Source: Balanoglossus misakiensis (lineage: Eukaryota; Animalia; Hemichordata). Taken from it: 64,000 bases of DNA. Of the stretch, positions 12,627-25,900 are shown one piece after another. The number at the start of each line of letters is the position of its first letter. The first letter of the stretch is position 1. Under the pieces are notes generated by a model that was not told the origin of the DNA, did no database searches, and was given only the letters and a program-made list of their open reading frames with translations. Both the position numbers and the translations under genes were made by a program. The stretch spans positions 7,119,625 to 7,183,624 of the forward strand of contig CM082579.2 of NCBI GenBank assembly GCA_040954595.2, in the 5' to 3' direction.

Positions 12627-13192
12627 ATAACGTAATACGCAAATTGCACCAGTTGATTGACAGCGAAAATGACCAATTAGGCCAAAGCACGGACTCATTG
12701 CCATGGTGCATGAACTCGAGCTCGAGCATGGGTATACATGTGATTTTTTTGACGGAAATCCGGTATGACATCGACAACGTGATTTGCGAACGGTCCATTT
12801 TCTACAAGAGCGCCGGCCCCTTTTGGCATCGTCAGTGCCGCATTGGTCGGTACAATTGTAAGGCCCGGGGTGTAGGGAAACCTTGACCACGACAGGCAAC
12901 GCCAATCGGCAGTACAGTAGCTGTTTAAAATTTTCTACAGGTAGCCTAATGATGTAAATGCATGCCATTGTGATTGAGCCCAAACCTTTTATAATTCTGC
13001 AGAATACGTTCGCTACATATAATTTTTTGAGTAAAAGTCGCACTTTGTCCAACTTTGCTGATTTTCGAGTCCCCACTCCAAATTCATGTCTATCTCGATA
13101 TTGTAAATACAATGAAACCACTACACTGTCTATATGGCCAAACGCACGTGGAACAAACCCACGTGCGAAAAACGTGTATTTCTATGAACGTG
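12627..13192. promoter_or_regulatory. Candidate promoter motifs of PAR-bZIP B: E-box cluster and D-box-like site
   Basis: CACGTG at 13145 and 13160, and AACGTG (reverse CACGTT) at 13171 and 13187. ATAACGTAAT at 12627 is one mismatch from the D-box RTTAYGTAAY. Confidence 0.45.
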
Positions 13193-14723
13193 TACATGTG
13201 CATGCAATCTACGGCGACGTCTTTTACGGTATTCTCACGAGGCGACAGCATATAAGAATACCGCACCGCGCAAGTAGAGGACGTCGCCGTACCCAGCACC
13301 TGATTTTAATCAGATTGACGTACAGTACATCACAGGCAAAGAGAAAAGACAGATCTATTTGTCTATGATGATAGCATACTGGACGTGAAAAAGGGTTGAC
13401 TAAATCGTACCGTAGATGGCGCTTCTGACAGAGAATCCGTACCAGCAGATCAGTTGTTTACTACTTTGGAGATGGTTGACTGAAAAATACCATCCTCACG
13501 AATCGCTGAAACAGCTGGAAAAGTATTGAAACTGGGATAAAGCACGCACAAATTTCATGGAAACTTATGCACATCAGAATCACTGACGAAAAAATACCAT
13601 GTTATAGCTTTTGGGATTCAAACCCTGAACATACTGTAACTGAATTTTACCTGGCAGGGAAACTGGTACACATGAAATGGAAAGCCCCTTAGGTTGTTTT
13701 TGACATCTGAACCATGATGTATGTTTAGAACATGTCCGGACAGCACAAGTTCTATCAAACACCCAATCATTCCCAAAAACCCACCTCAAGCATAGATCAA
13801 TACAGGAACCATTGCAAAAGTTATGTATAAAAATCATTTATTTCAACAATTTATAAAATAAGTTTTGAATTACATATGATCAATAAAATTATAGAACAGC
13901 ACGGGAAAATAAGAAATACAACATACACAGACTGTACATGCTGACACTGAATAATGGTATAAATATGATAAACTATGCAAGAATATTTTTCAGTAAAAGA
14001 AGCGCACAACCATCAAAATAGTAAAACAAAAACCTACACTTAAATACAGCCTCTATCTGTTGCTCTGCGAACTCTTAAAATAAATTGTTGGCAAACAGTG
14101 AATATTTTCAGCCCATGCACAATGGTACGGTATGTATGGTCATGGACAGTTCCATTAAATCTAGTTGATTTTTTTTACAAGAAAATGCAATGCCTTGAGG
14201 AAAATAGGTATTGGGTTAAGAGTGCCGGAAGACGGAAAGTGTCCAACAGCTTACTGAAACAAGAAAATCAACAATGAACAAATAAACAATATTTGGCAGC
14301 CATTTTGAATGTCAAGTTTTGGTGAACGTGAGACAAGTTGGTGTTCTGGTCCAAAAATCTTCATTTGCGTAATTTCAGAAGGGAAACATGTTGAGTCGTG
14401 CAGCCTATACATGTATTTCAGGTACAGGAAGTCCCACAATCACAGCCTAATGAGGCACTGTGGTCGTGGAGAAATCATTATGTTGTCATGGTAATGATGA
14501 TGATGATGATGATGATAATTTGTGCTTATGTGACACTGCAGCGCCTTAACCTGTTTTGCCTGGTGTCATGTAAGCATGTATTATCATTATCGCCGTTGTC
14601 ATCATCGTTATCATCATTTCATGATCACCGCAACACGATTGCAATCACCATGTCTTCACAACCACGCCTACCTGTGTCACAATAAGCATTTCAACATGTA
14701 CAGTAGGTATGAGTATAATGTAC

Positions 14724-14863
14724 ATGTATGTATGTATGTATGTATGTATGTATGTATGTATGTATGTATGTATGTATGTATGTATGTATGTATGTATGTA
14801 TGTATGTATGTATGTATGTATGTATGTATGTATGTATGTATGTATGTATGTATGTATGTATGT
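14724..14863. repeat. (ATGT)n tetranucleotide microsatellite, ~35 units
   Basis: Uninterrupted TATG repeats, which explain the MYVC/HTYI pseudo-ORFs. Confidence 0.98.
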
Positions 14864-16976
14864 AGTGTGTGTATGTATGTAGTGTGTGTGTTGCAGTTAG
14901 AGGGATATATGATCATTGATAAACAACAAAACCAATAGTGGACTGAAATCAGATGAAGCACACATTGTAAAATTTTGATGTAATTGCTCAAATAGGCAAC
15001 GAATCCATTTTAACGCAATTAATATAAATACCATATCTTATACCTTGGAACGCATCACACATTTTTGTGTTTATTTACAAGAAGCGTTCCATTCTGTGGA
15101 CAGCTACACTATTGTTTTAACCTTTCCTCAGGGTTGATATATATACACGACTACACAACAAAATAAAATAAATTTATGCATAGTATTATAAGCAGTGCAA
15201 TTCCCATGCTATTGCTGCATGTTCCAACCCAAAATCTACCATAGACCCCAGCTGTCCTTTGTCGCCATGGCATCCTTCACCAGAGAATCAGAGCTAAGGT
15301 CACATCTACAAGGGTTCAAAACTAGGGTACGCAATGGGTACAGTCATGGGTAGATATTATCTACTGGATGGGTCGAAAGGGGCTGTCTCATACAAATCAC
15401 CTTTATAGAACAGGCAAGTTAATTGGCTAAACCACCACCCTATAGACCAGACAAGCTCATTGACTAGACCATCACCAAAACCAAGATCAGAGGTTAAGAA
15501 GTTGTGCATGCCTGCTGTTGCATATGGAGGGAAAGATTTGATGATTTTTATTTGATAGAGCTATGTTATCAGTGGTTATTATTTTGCATTTGATATAAAG
15601 CAGGAAAATAGCAAAAACTTTTTTATGAGAAAATCATACATGCACGTTACACAACAACTACAGTATAAAAATTAAAAAATGCAAAAAAGTGGACTAAAAC
15701 ATGCTATGATGTGAACGTGTATGTTAAACTCAGTCACCTTTCATTCTGCCATGATGGACATGGTACATGTAGTTTGCTGCTGTGAACACTATTGTATAAA
15801 ACTTGTTTTAAAAAGCAAATATATCCTATACCACTCCCAATGAAAAAATGTTAACGTCCTCATTGATGCATTAAAATAAAATTTACTTCATGGAAACCAA
15901 AATGTAATACTGCATGAGGTTTAATATCATTAATACAAAAATTTGATAAAAATTGCAAAACTTGAGATGTAGCATCACTGTGCTTGTGTGAATCAATCAT
16001 CTGATGATGACATCATTACTTGCAGCATGTCAGACATAATATCATTTTTGATATAAATGACCTCTTAAAATCAATGAAGGATATCTAGACAAAAACGACT
16101 TTTTTTTCATCATAATGCAAGGAGAGACTTTCCGAGGTACATAATGATCAAACATATTTGCATATTACACATGAAAAGCGATGTGTGAGTTTCATGATAG
16201 AAGTTATTCAACCCTAAATAAAACCTGTTTTGTAGAATGCAATTTGTAGTTCACAGAAAGTGGGCATTTTTATCATTCTCTGTTTGACACTTCAGCTGAT
16301 GCAGAATGACTAGGCTCTATGCCAATGCCACCATGGGAGGTAATTCACAGCATTCTCCATGTGGGTGTACTTGTACGTTTTATATCACTCGTATGGATTG
16401 TATGGCAGCAGACTCGGCGATGGATGAGTTTGAGCAGTATCGAATCATCATGTAACGTGTTGTTCATGATTTAGCACAAAGGGTCGTGAAACATTAGAAT
16501 ATGCCTGCCGTGCAAAGCATCTGTGACACAGTGTTGGAAAGTGATGACGATAACGCCATTCCAGTTGTTATAGAACAGCTCATAAGCTGTGCAGCTATTA
16601 ATGGTTATAGCACGGTTACTAGTAACCGTGGTTATAGGCACTGAAAAAACACAGTTACAGGTAACCATGTCAAGAGCAGGAAAATTAGCAGTAACTTGAT
16701 AGGTCACACTGTTAGGTTTATCCAGAATGTGTTTTTTTTTTTACCACAGAGATGTTAATACCAGTTCACCGAGATGAAATTAGTGATGTCAACATTTAAC
16801 TTTCTCTGCCACGATTGTGAGAGGACTGTGAGTGAGCGAGTCACCACTTCTTGAGACAGACTCTTTTACTTGTCATCCCTTACGTAGCTAATACTACCAT
16901 TGTCAATGCCTGACTCCTGGGACATGTAGACCACCCATTTATCGTTGGCTAGGCACCTAGGTGACCCTTGCGAGTG

Positions 16977-19900
16977 CTAGGCTCGTGATTCTGGTAGGTT
17001 GTCCAGGTGATGAGAGTTGTAGTCGCCGCGGGCGACCGGCGGCGACGATTGTCGTGGCGATGACGAATGTTGGACGTTTGTCACCGGATGGTTCCATCTT
17101 GTACACTGAGTCACATGACTGGAAATCAAACAAATGATGGAATATGAAAATGTTACAAAATACTCTCAGTGAATTTATAAAGCCTATTTTATGAGAATTG
17201 TTTTTTTAAAAGTAAGATTTAATAATCAGGCCAGAGGTGATATAAACTGTCAACTAAACAGTATCTTATTCAGTAACCCTTCAGACATAGCTACAAGTAG
17301 AACCTCAACCCTGATGAGCTAATTAACCAGTTAAACTAAATAACTTTATACTAACTAACCAACTAACTAGCAAACTAACTGACCAATTAACTTACTGTAA
17401 TTGACCTACATGCATGCATGACCATGACGAAGTTGTTGCGAAACAAGATATGACACACAAGCACATGAACTATGCACTATATATAGTTCATTGTCAGTAA
17501 GACAGGATGTCCCTTCATGGGACTTCCAAGATGACGGTAACATGCTACATTGAATCACACAGGGACTTCCATACGAAATGAAGTGTAGGCGGACTTACTT
17601 GATATAATATCTCATTCCATCTGCTGTGTACGACTCTTCCCATCCGTATGGAAGTGCTGCGGGGTTGGAAAGACAGGAAACATTGAGACCACACACATAC
17701 ATGTCAAAATTAGTTGTCATAGCAACAATTTGACTTCAGGCAGAACTTAGAGATGGCCAGCACCCGTAAAAGCAAAGCTACACTGTTCAAGGTTTTTGAA
17801 CAGTCCACACATCTTCGGGGCAAGTCAAGGTTCATGATACTACTGACATTTCTCAGGTTTCATGTAACTTGAATTTTTCACACGTTTTAAAACCCGAGAC
17901 ACTCCCCTGGTGCATGTTGCCGTCACTTTTCAAAATCCCTTTGGATATATCATCTTTCACTCGTCACACCTCAAGCGAAGTATGCGGCTATTTTTTTAAA
18001 ACACATCACCCGACATTTTAGTATCATTTGTTGCATTGTGGGAATAGACTATACGACTAGGTAGTCATTAGTGAATTGCATGATGGGATAGACATCCATA
18101 TTGCCTGCTGCATTGTGGGAAATACCTTAAATTACGATTTCCTTCCGAGAACTGCATGCATGATGGGCTAAACTTTAATTAATACTGCTCGTGCAAATCA
18201 GGAAAAATATCTGAGTTGGTTTTTTCACTGAGAGTAGGATGATGACAGGATTGCTAGTGTATCAGTTATCATAATTTGGTTTGAACAGTTCTTACGTTCT
18301 ACTTCGATGAGTTGTTTGACAGCTCTGACGGTCTCTCTTGCTTCGTGCGCAAGGTCTGAAGTATTCCTTCTGTTGTGTTTGGACAAATAACCCGGTGGAC
18401 GGGAACCCATTCCCAGTTCATTCCGCCGACCACCCTCACCGCGACTCCTTGCCCTGAATCCGTATTCAAAGATGCACAAAGTTAGAACCTCACAGAAAGA
18501 CATTTAAGGTAGAATACGCCTCGAAAATCAACGTTTCAAACTTTCTCTCATATTTTGCTCAAGGCAACTATAGATTATTCTTGCTTAAAATTGAGAATAA
18601 AGATTGGGGCTCACCGTGTAAATTAGTGATTTTCATGAAAACAAGACTTTAAAATAGCAAAGAATTGAAAGGTTTGGAGGACAACTTCAAGTGAGATACT
18701 TACACTGCATTGACTGGATGAGTTCCATCCACTAGTGTTTCATGAACCAGCTGAAAATAATTTGAAAATTATTAATTTGCATGTCACATTTTGTCATTCT
18801 ATCTTAAAAGGACTGCACTGAGGCACAATAAGGTTTTGACACAGCTTACCTCTGCTAGCTGTAGAAGTCTCTCTGTCGCTACTTCATAAGTCTTCTTACC
18901 AACTTCAGCTTTTCTCAACTGACAAGAAAGTACTGCTAATCTTTTCTGTAAATCACTGCTGTCTTCGCGCTGTGAATCAAATTTTTTCAATACAATTGAA
19001 ATTTTACTGGTAGACGGTTTTGGATCGAAACTTTCATTTTGAAGATATCACATGATTTAAGGTGCTGAAAATGACTTCTAAATTCTGCTAGGTAACCATT
19101 CTCTTGTGAGACATATCTGGACAAATCAGCAGAGCCATCCCTTACCACATGAAAAACAGAAATACTCTAGACTTGCGTTCTTACCTTCTTTGGTGGAGAC
19201 GATGCCTTCAGATGTCGCAATTCTCTGATTTCATCTTCAAGTAGTTTAACCACCTCTTCATAGTCTACTTCCATTCTTCGGGCCGATATCTGGGCTTGTT
19301 CAGCCAGGTGGGCTTTGCTGCGAAGTGATCGACTTTCGTGGATTGCTCCCTGTGCTTCCTGTTAAAGATACAAAATACACTGTGTGTGTGATATCTCTTG
19401 TCTTGTCATGTTGGTGGAAATTGTACTGCACTGCACTGAAGGGTGACTAAAATCCAACACTCAACCCATTTTCATCTGTAGAGGTCCAACTTTACTATAG
19501 ATACCATGGATATGAACCACAACACATTCCATTGTATGTGCATTAGCGTGTATGTATGACAGTAAATAAATTATTATTTTTATGGGGGGGGGATACACAA
19601 CATTGGCAAATAAGGATAAGATGACGTACTCTTCTGATTCTCAACAACTCTTCCTCAGCTTTGTTGCATGATTTCTCTTTCTCTCTCAGAAGTGCCTGAA
19701 ATTAAAGAAAGTCTATGAATATTAGAAGGTAATAAACAAACAAGCAAAGTTGACTAGTAGTTTTGACACACAGCCATTGTAGACCACACCTTAAAACGCA
19801 ATGGCCTGTATTACTGTGTTGGTTCTGGGATTTGTCCATCCATCAGCTTTTGAAGTATTCCCTGTGGCCATTTAAGTAGCAAACTTGAGGAACATGCATG

Positions 19901-22900
19901 GACCCCAGAGTGTAATTCCTGATTCTGGATTTTCACTCAGAAGTGTTTGACCTGCTGTGACAACTACCTTGAGTCTCTCCACCTCCCTGACAGCTTCATC
20001 CCTTTCCTGTCTCAGGGCTTCCAACTCTTCACTCGGCCTTTCTTGAAAAGTTGGGAGTGTCTGTTGAATGACACGATTAGACATGTTAATAACTGTGTAC
20101 CTGTACATTGTACATTCATGGTGAGTAAAGCCAAAATGACAACTTGAATGCCCATATGATGACAACACATGCAATATTCAACGCAAAATCTGTCCAGTTT
20201 TAATCTTTTATCCACCCTTATAATAGAAGAAAATGTTGAACACATGTGCACACCCATGAAAATACCAGGATGTAAAGGTCATATAAGGGTCATCAACATG
20301 GCCACCATGCATCATACACTGATTCTCCATATTACTTACATGATGCTGTATTGGTGGCGGTTCAGTGAAATCTGTAAAATCTTGAGCAGCAAACATCAAT
20401 TTCCCAGCGCTGATGTTCCGTTCATCTAACTGCACTTTGAAAATCTCCCTTGCAATCTGTACAAACTCTGAAGAATTAAAACAGACAATTACGCTGTTTA
20501 TACATTTTCACACAATACTGTGCTTGCTTGGGGATATAAGCACTTTGGATAGATTATCCCTGGAATCTACTGTAAGTTCTATATTTGAGGTGAAATAATT
20601 CTACCTTTAGTAATCTACATGCATGTATGTGGAGCCCTGTTTTGTGCATAGGTGTTTGTGGATGTATGTCTGTCTGTGTGTGTGTGTTCCTGAGTCTGTA
20701 CGGTATATGTCTATGTGTGTGTGGCACGTTACTGACTTACCTCCGTAAGTGACCATCCCAGATTGATCGACAGTCAATCTCTGTCGTAACGCTTGCTTTT
20801 GTTCATTTGTAGGATCTATTCCCAGATATCTGATTGCCTGTATCCCAGATGACACACACAGAGAGAAAAGTCATTACGCATTAATATAATATGTAAATTT
20901 ATATAATTTATTTTGCATTGGTATAATAAATAAGACAATCCATAAGAGAAAAAATGGCCACTGCTACAGATTTATTTTAAAATTATAGAGATCACTTACG
21001 ACTTCTAATTTTTCAACACTTAATCTGACTTGAGGATCTAAGGATAATCTTCTTGATCTGGACAGGTGTCTGGTTGAGGCTGGTGACATTGAAATTCCAC
21101 TTACGGGTGACGGCTGGCCAAATGATACCATCCCTACCCCGCCCAAGTGGTTTGCCTGTCCTGGGCCACCTAGGATGGATGGATAGATGGATGAATGAAT
21201 GAACAAATATGAAAGCAAATTAGACTTTATTACGCCATATTTTAACCCCCACTCAATGGCACAGGCAAGCAAACAGGCATGAGGCCCACACATAGCACAT
21301 GGAAATAAATGAACGCATACCGTTAGCTGCTTGTGGCGTGGATGTCATCTTGGGTTGCATGAATCTTTTCTGGACATGTGCAGGCAGAGGAGCTTGGAGT
21401 TGGCCGTTCATTGGTGGTGATACATGTGTCAGACCTGTCAATAGAGTCAAGGGGTGTCAAACAGTGCAACTATTGGAAATCGGTCTTAAACGTTGACTCT
21501 TTCAGTTGCAGTGTGCTCTATAGTCAGACGATTTAGGATGTATTTGTGTTTAAAGAAATACTGAAATATCATTTGTAATTTCAGCTATTTATTTCATAGT
21601 AAATTTGGCATCCAAGCAGTAGACCGTACTGTCATCATTAATGCCTAATATTTATGAACTCAGAATTTATCCTTTACACTAGCTACTTTGCATCTTTGGC
21701 AAATTGCAAATTTAAAATCATTTGTCAGTTTCTTTCATTGCTGGCTCTCAACACCCACTGAAACTGTCACTTCTGAGTCAAGCTGCTGCCTACACATATT
21801 AAGGCCATGTGATATTTGCCTAACACATTTATTTTATTGATTTCTTCTTTTTTCTTCTTAATATGAATAATACCAATTTTCCATGCGTTTAATTCAAACT
21901 GGATATTTGATGCATCACATTGGATTTCTAGTTCACTGAGAGGGAGACGAGAGAAGGCAAAGAGACGGCCATTTGCATGCAAATAAACAAGACTATACAA
22001 GGTTATTTTTGTGCAAGGAGGCACTGTTGCCATGGCAACAGATAGTTCCAATGAATGGATTCAATTGCTCTGGCTGACATTAGGAAATGAGGAACAGCAA
22101 AACCAGGTCATGCCAGTTACATATGTGACCTTAATGATATTTTGATGATGTCAATTTACTTCCACTCACAATCTTCTATACGTCACAAAGAAAACGTAAA
22201 GAAAACATCATCTATGGATTCTTTCATCTGTTATGATGTACTCTGAATGAAATATTAAATGGTGTTTTGTGGCAACACAATGTGGAAAAACAGAGACCTG
22301 TGTTAAATCTACACACTGTAATCTAGACAGTGTAAAAATTGCTGCTAACTAGAAATTCAATACGTATTGGATTTTTTCCATAAAATACCCAATATGTACC
22401 AAGCATAAGATTATATGTTTTGTTATTATATTACTATCTAGTATTTAACATGCATATATATTTCCTTGTTCAGACATATCATTTTTTTTAAAATGCTGGT
22501 CAAACCAAGATAATTTTATCTAAAATGTCCTTCATAAGATTTGTCATGGAAACCACATTGTGTGATAAAGGCAATATTTCATCAATCACACTGACAATGT
22601 TCATTCTTTTTACTAAACAATATTGAATTCGCTACAATGAACCTATCGTTATCTCTTTTTAATTAATTTTATCGTAAACAATAAACATGCCCGATTGAAA
22701 TTTGTCTTGATATATAAACGCAGTCATGACAAAAGACTACAAGGCTGAGAATTGAATGGATACGATTGCAAGAAAAATTCTCTCATAAAATGTTGTGTTT
22801 TGAAAGGTGAAGACGGAGTCATTTAAATATGACCTGTGACCTTTCTCCCTGGCTTGTCACAAGAAATACTTTGCATCTCATTATCATTTATGATCAATGC

Positions 22901-25900
22901 TTGAATGATTAATTAACAACTTACCCTGATGTTGGGGCGTCAACATACTCTCGACCGGTTGTCTCAGTTGCCCCGGCGACGCGCTGCTCTGGATCTGGGA
23001 GGGAGACACCTGCAGACTGGATGGAACTGGGGATGGGTGGGACGGGACTGGGGAGCGTGCCGGTGCATTGTGGGTAGGGACGGGTGACTGTGGCGATGAC
23101 TGAACAGGGTAAGGAGAACTGGAATGTAGTGAGTGAGGTGAGTGACCCTGAGACGTTGACCTTGGAATTGGCGATGTCTGTAATAGAGGTTGTGTTACTG
23201 TAGTCTGGTATGGGCTGGATCCTCTTGCATAGGTTATCTCAATACTGGGTGTCGGCCTACAGGAATAAATTACAAATTTTCATTTAGATTCACAGGAATC
23301 TAGTCTCATGAAATTAAAAAAATTAATTCTTGAGTACTTTCAGTTTGATTACGTTAATTAGTTTTTTTCTTCTCCAGCACCTAGAGAGTAATTTCTTAAT
23401 ATGGAATGTGTCTTCCCACAGTTTTTTCCTCAAAAACAACATACGATGTAGCAAAAAGAATCCTAATTTGTGATTCCACCACGGTTACTAGAAGAAGACG
23501 GTTAGGAAACTCTATTGTTCGGAAGGTGTGAACGAGGTGTTAGCTAGGAGAGTCCATGTCCGAACCGCTACGCGCGTTGATGACGTCACAGCTTGGGTTT
23601 GTGGCGTGGGTACGCTCTGGTGTGTTCCTGCACATTCCAGAAATTGCAGCCAAGAGAAGTGGATTTTATCGCTTGAACAGATCGTACTGTTGGGTGAACG
23701 TCTTTTCTATTCTACGATGGGTATTTCATACAGATTCTTCCAGTTCTGAGGTCAAATTCTTGATTGTGTTTTATGATGTCTAAATCATAAGAGCCTGATG
23801 GCGACTTTGGATGACCTAGCTAATTTTTGAACCCCTTCAACTGCCCTTTTTCGTCAAGAGTACATAGTCATTTTTTTTTTTACGAGTTCCATATATGCTT
23901 ACGGAGTGCACGGTCATAGTCTGTTCGGGTTCGGGCACTCTGTAACCGCGATATCACTGCCCGTTCCGAGTGTTCCAATATTTCATTTTCTATCAACGTT
24001 TCTTGGGCTGGTTAACTATAAGTCCGTCACCGAAACAAAATTTCGTCTGATTACTACTCTATCAGTTACCATATGGTAGACTGTTATCTTTCGGCTTGGA
24101 AATTTACATTTTATATGGTTTAGTGGAAGCAAACGCACCAAACGCCGTGAATTAAAATAGTGGTCGTGAAAAGGACATTATTCCAAGATTCAAAATGGCG
24201 TCGAATTTTGAACCCGTAGAATTCAACTCTGATGGTCGCATTTCTGTTATTTTTTAATATATTTATATATTTTACTCCTTTTTGTAGTGCATGGGCTATT
24301 TCGTTAATTCCATGTGCCATATTTCGTCGAGATTTCATACGCATTTCGATAACCGTAGTACAATTGATGTATGGCGGCCATCTTGTTTGTTTTGGTTCGC
24401 ATCGAATCTCTAGGGCTTGATTCAAGACAAATATTGTATGGCTTCACCACGTCCTTGAAAGTTCAAAATTGAGTATGGTTTGCATTGGATTGTGGGGGGA
24501 ATGACGTCATTTTTACCGAGCGGTCAGTTATTCTGTCTGTTTATTCGTACGGCCAGGCTCGTTAGCACCTGATATCTTTCGTTTACACTAAGTGTTTAAC
24601 GAGGCGAGCATCTAACAATGGAGAAAAAATAGTTTCCTAACCGTCTTCTTCTAGTAACCGTGATTCCACTGACCTAAATTTCAACTGTGTTAATACAGCT
24701 TTGGCATCTTCATTGGTTACGTTGATCATATTTTCACCGTTGACCATCACCAGCTGGTCTCCAGGACGAAGACGTCCATCCTAATAGAAGGCAAGCAGGA
24801 AATCCATCACCATTCACATCCTGCAATGCTTTTTTTGTGCTCATCAAACATTAATTTATACATCCCAGGTATTTATGCCTAGCAGCGGGATTAGCACACA
24901 TTTTCTGAACGAGGTAAATAGTTTTTCAGAGCAGAATTTTCTTATAAAAAGACGGACAATTGGTAAAAGGAAAGTACTGGTATTGTTGTTTCTTTTAATT
25001 GTTGATCAGCCACATATACATGTTTATGTTAATCACTATCAATAATGATCACCAACATTACAATATTACTCAATTGTAACTACCACTATTATTCTATTTA
25101 TTTACACACTGTAATATCTTTTATTAACACCAATCATCACTCTTACCTTTTGACAATCTCCCCCTTCTAATATTTTGTCTACAAATACTCCAGGCCCTTC
25201 TGGCCGGTTGGTGCCACCTGTAACACTGAGCCCCAGCCCGGTGGTCCTGACTATGGAGATACGGTGGGCATTGTCCAACCTGTAAACAAGCATACCCACA
25301 TTCATGTGTGATGGCCTGGATGAAACACAATATCTCACTGACCTGGCTGCTTATAAGCTCTCACTGATACCAGCAAATGTACGTACATCATATAAATGGG
25401 CACAATTAGGAACAAGGGCACACATTTGCATATGATTACATCTTCTTCAAGTCATGCTTGGCCCGATAACAGGCTTTCAAATCTGTGTATGACCTCTACA
25501 GAGAACAATGATTTCAAACTACACACAACCCACATAAGAGAATTTTGTAAAATAAAGGGTTCAAAACTGCATTTTTGTGGACTCAAAGGCAGAAGTTGGG
25601 GGGGGGGGGCAAAAGTATGTGACCTCCCCCTTTAATGTTTTGAAAAATTTAGGTGACCCCCCCCCCCCCCCCCCCCCGCCGTAAAATCTGAACTGTCCCT
25701 TAGCACATTCATTCAGGCCCACAAAACTTCTTTCATCTTCATCACGTTTTTACATGTATTTGTGAATGAGACTTTGTGGAAGTACTTTACAGAGAGACAA
25801 GAAATTACATGTCATCGAATACTTCTGTATACGTATGAAAGAACCCACACGATTAAAAGTAATAATTCATTTTTTTCTCATCTCGGCATTTGTCAGCATG

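Noticed and set aside
12395-13368. Cluster of overlapping ORFs up to 186 aa
   Set aside because: GC/CpG-richer promoter DNA of PAR-bZIP B lowers stop-codon frequency, and the translations are not protein-like.
14576-14991. 120-aa and 104-aa ORFs with MYVC/HTYI repeats
   Set aside because: Translation of the (ATGT)n microsatellite.
18505-18660. TTAAGGTAGAATACGCCTC.. looks like one end of a TTAA-targeting MITE
   Set aside because: No matching second terminus found; cannot be supported without a repeat library.
25590-25703. G-run/C-run segment ending GAACTGTCCCTTA, possible MITE end
   Set aside because: Only one terminus is visible, and homopolymers make the apparent symmetry weak evidence.
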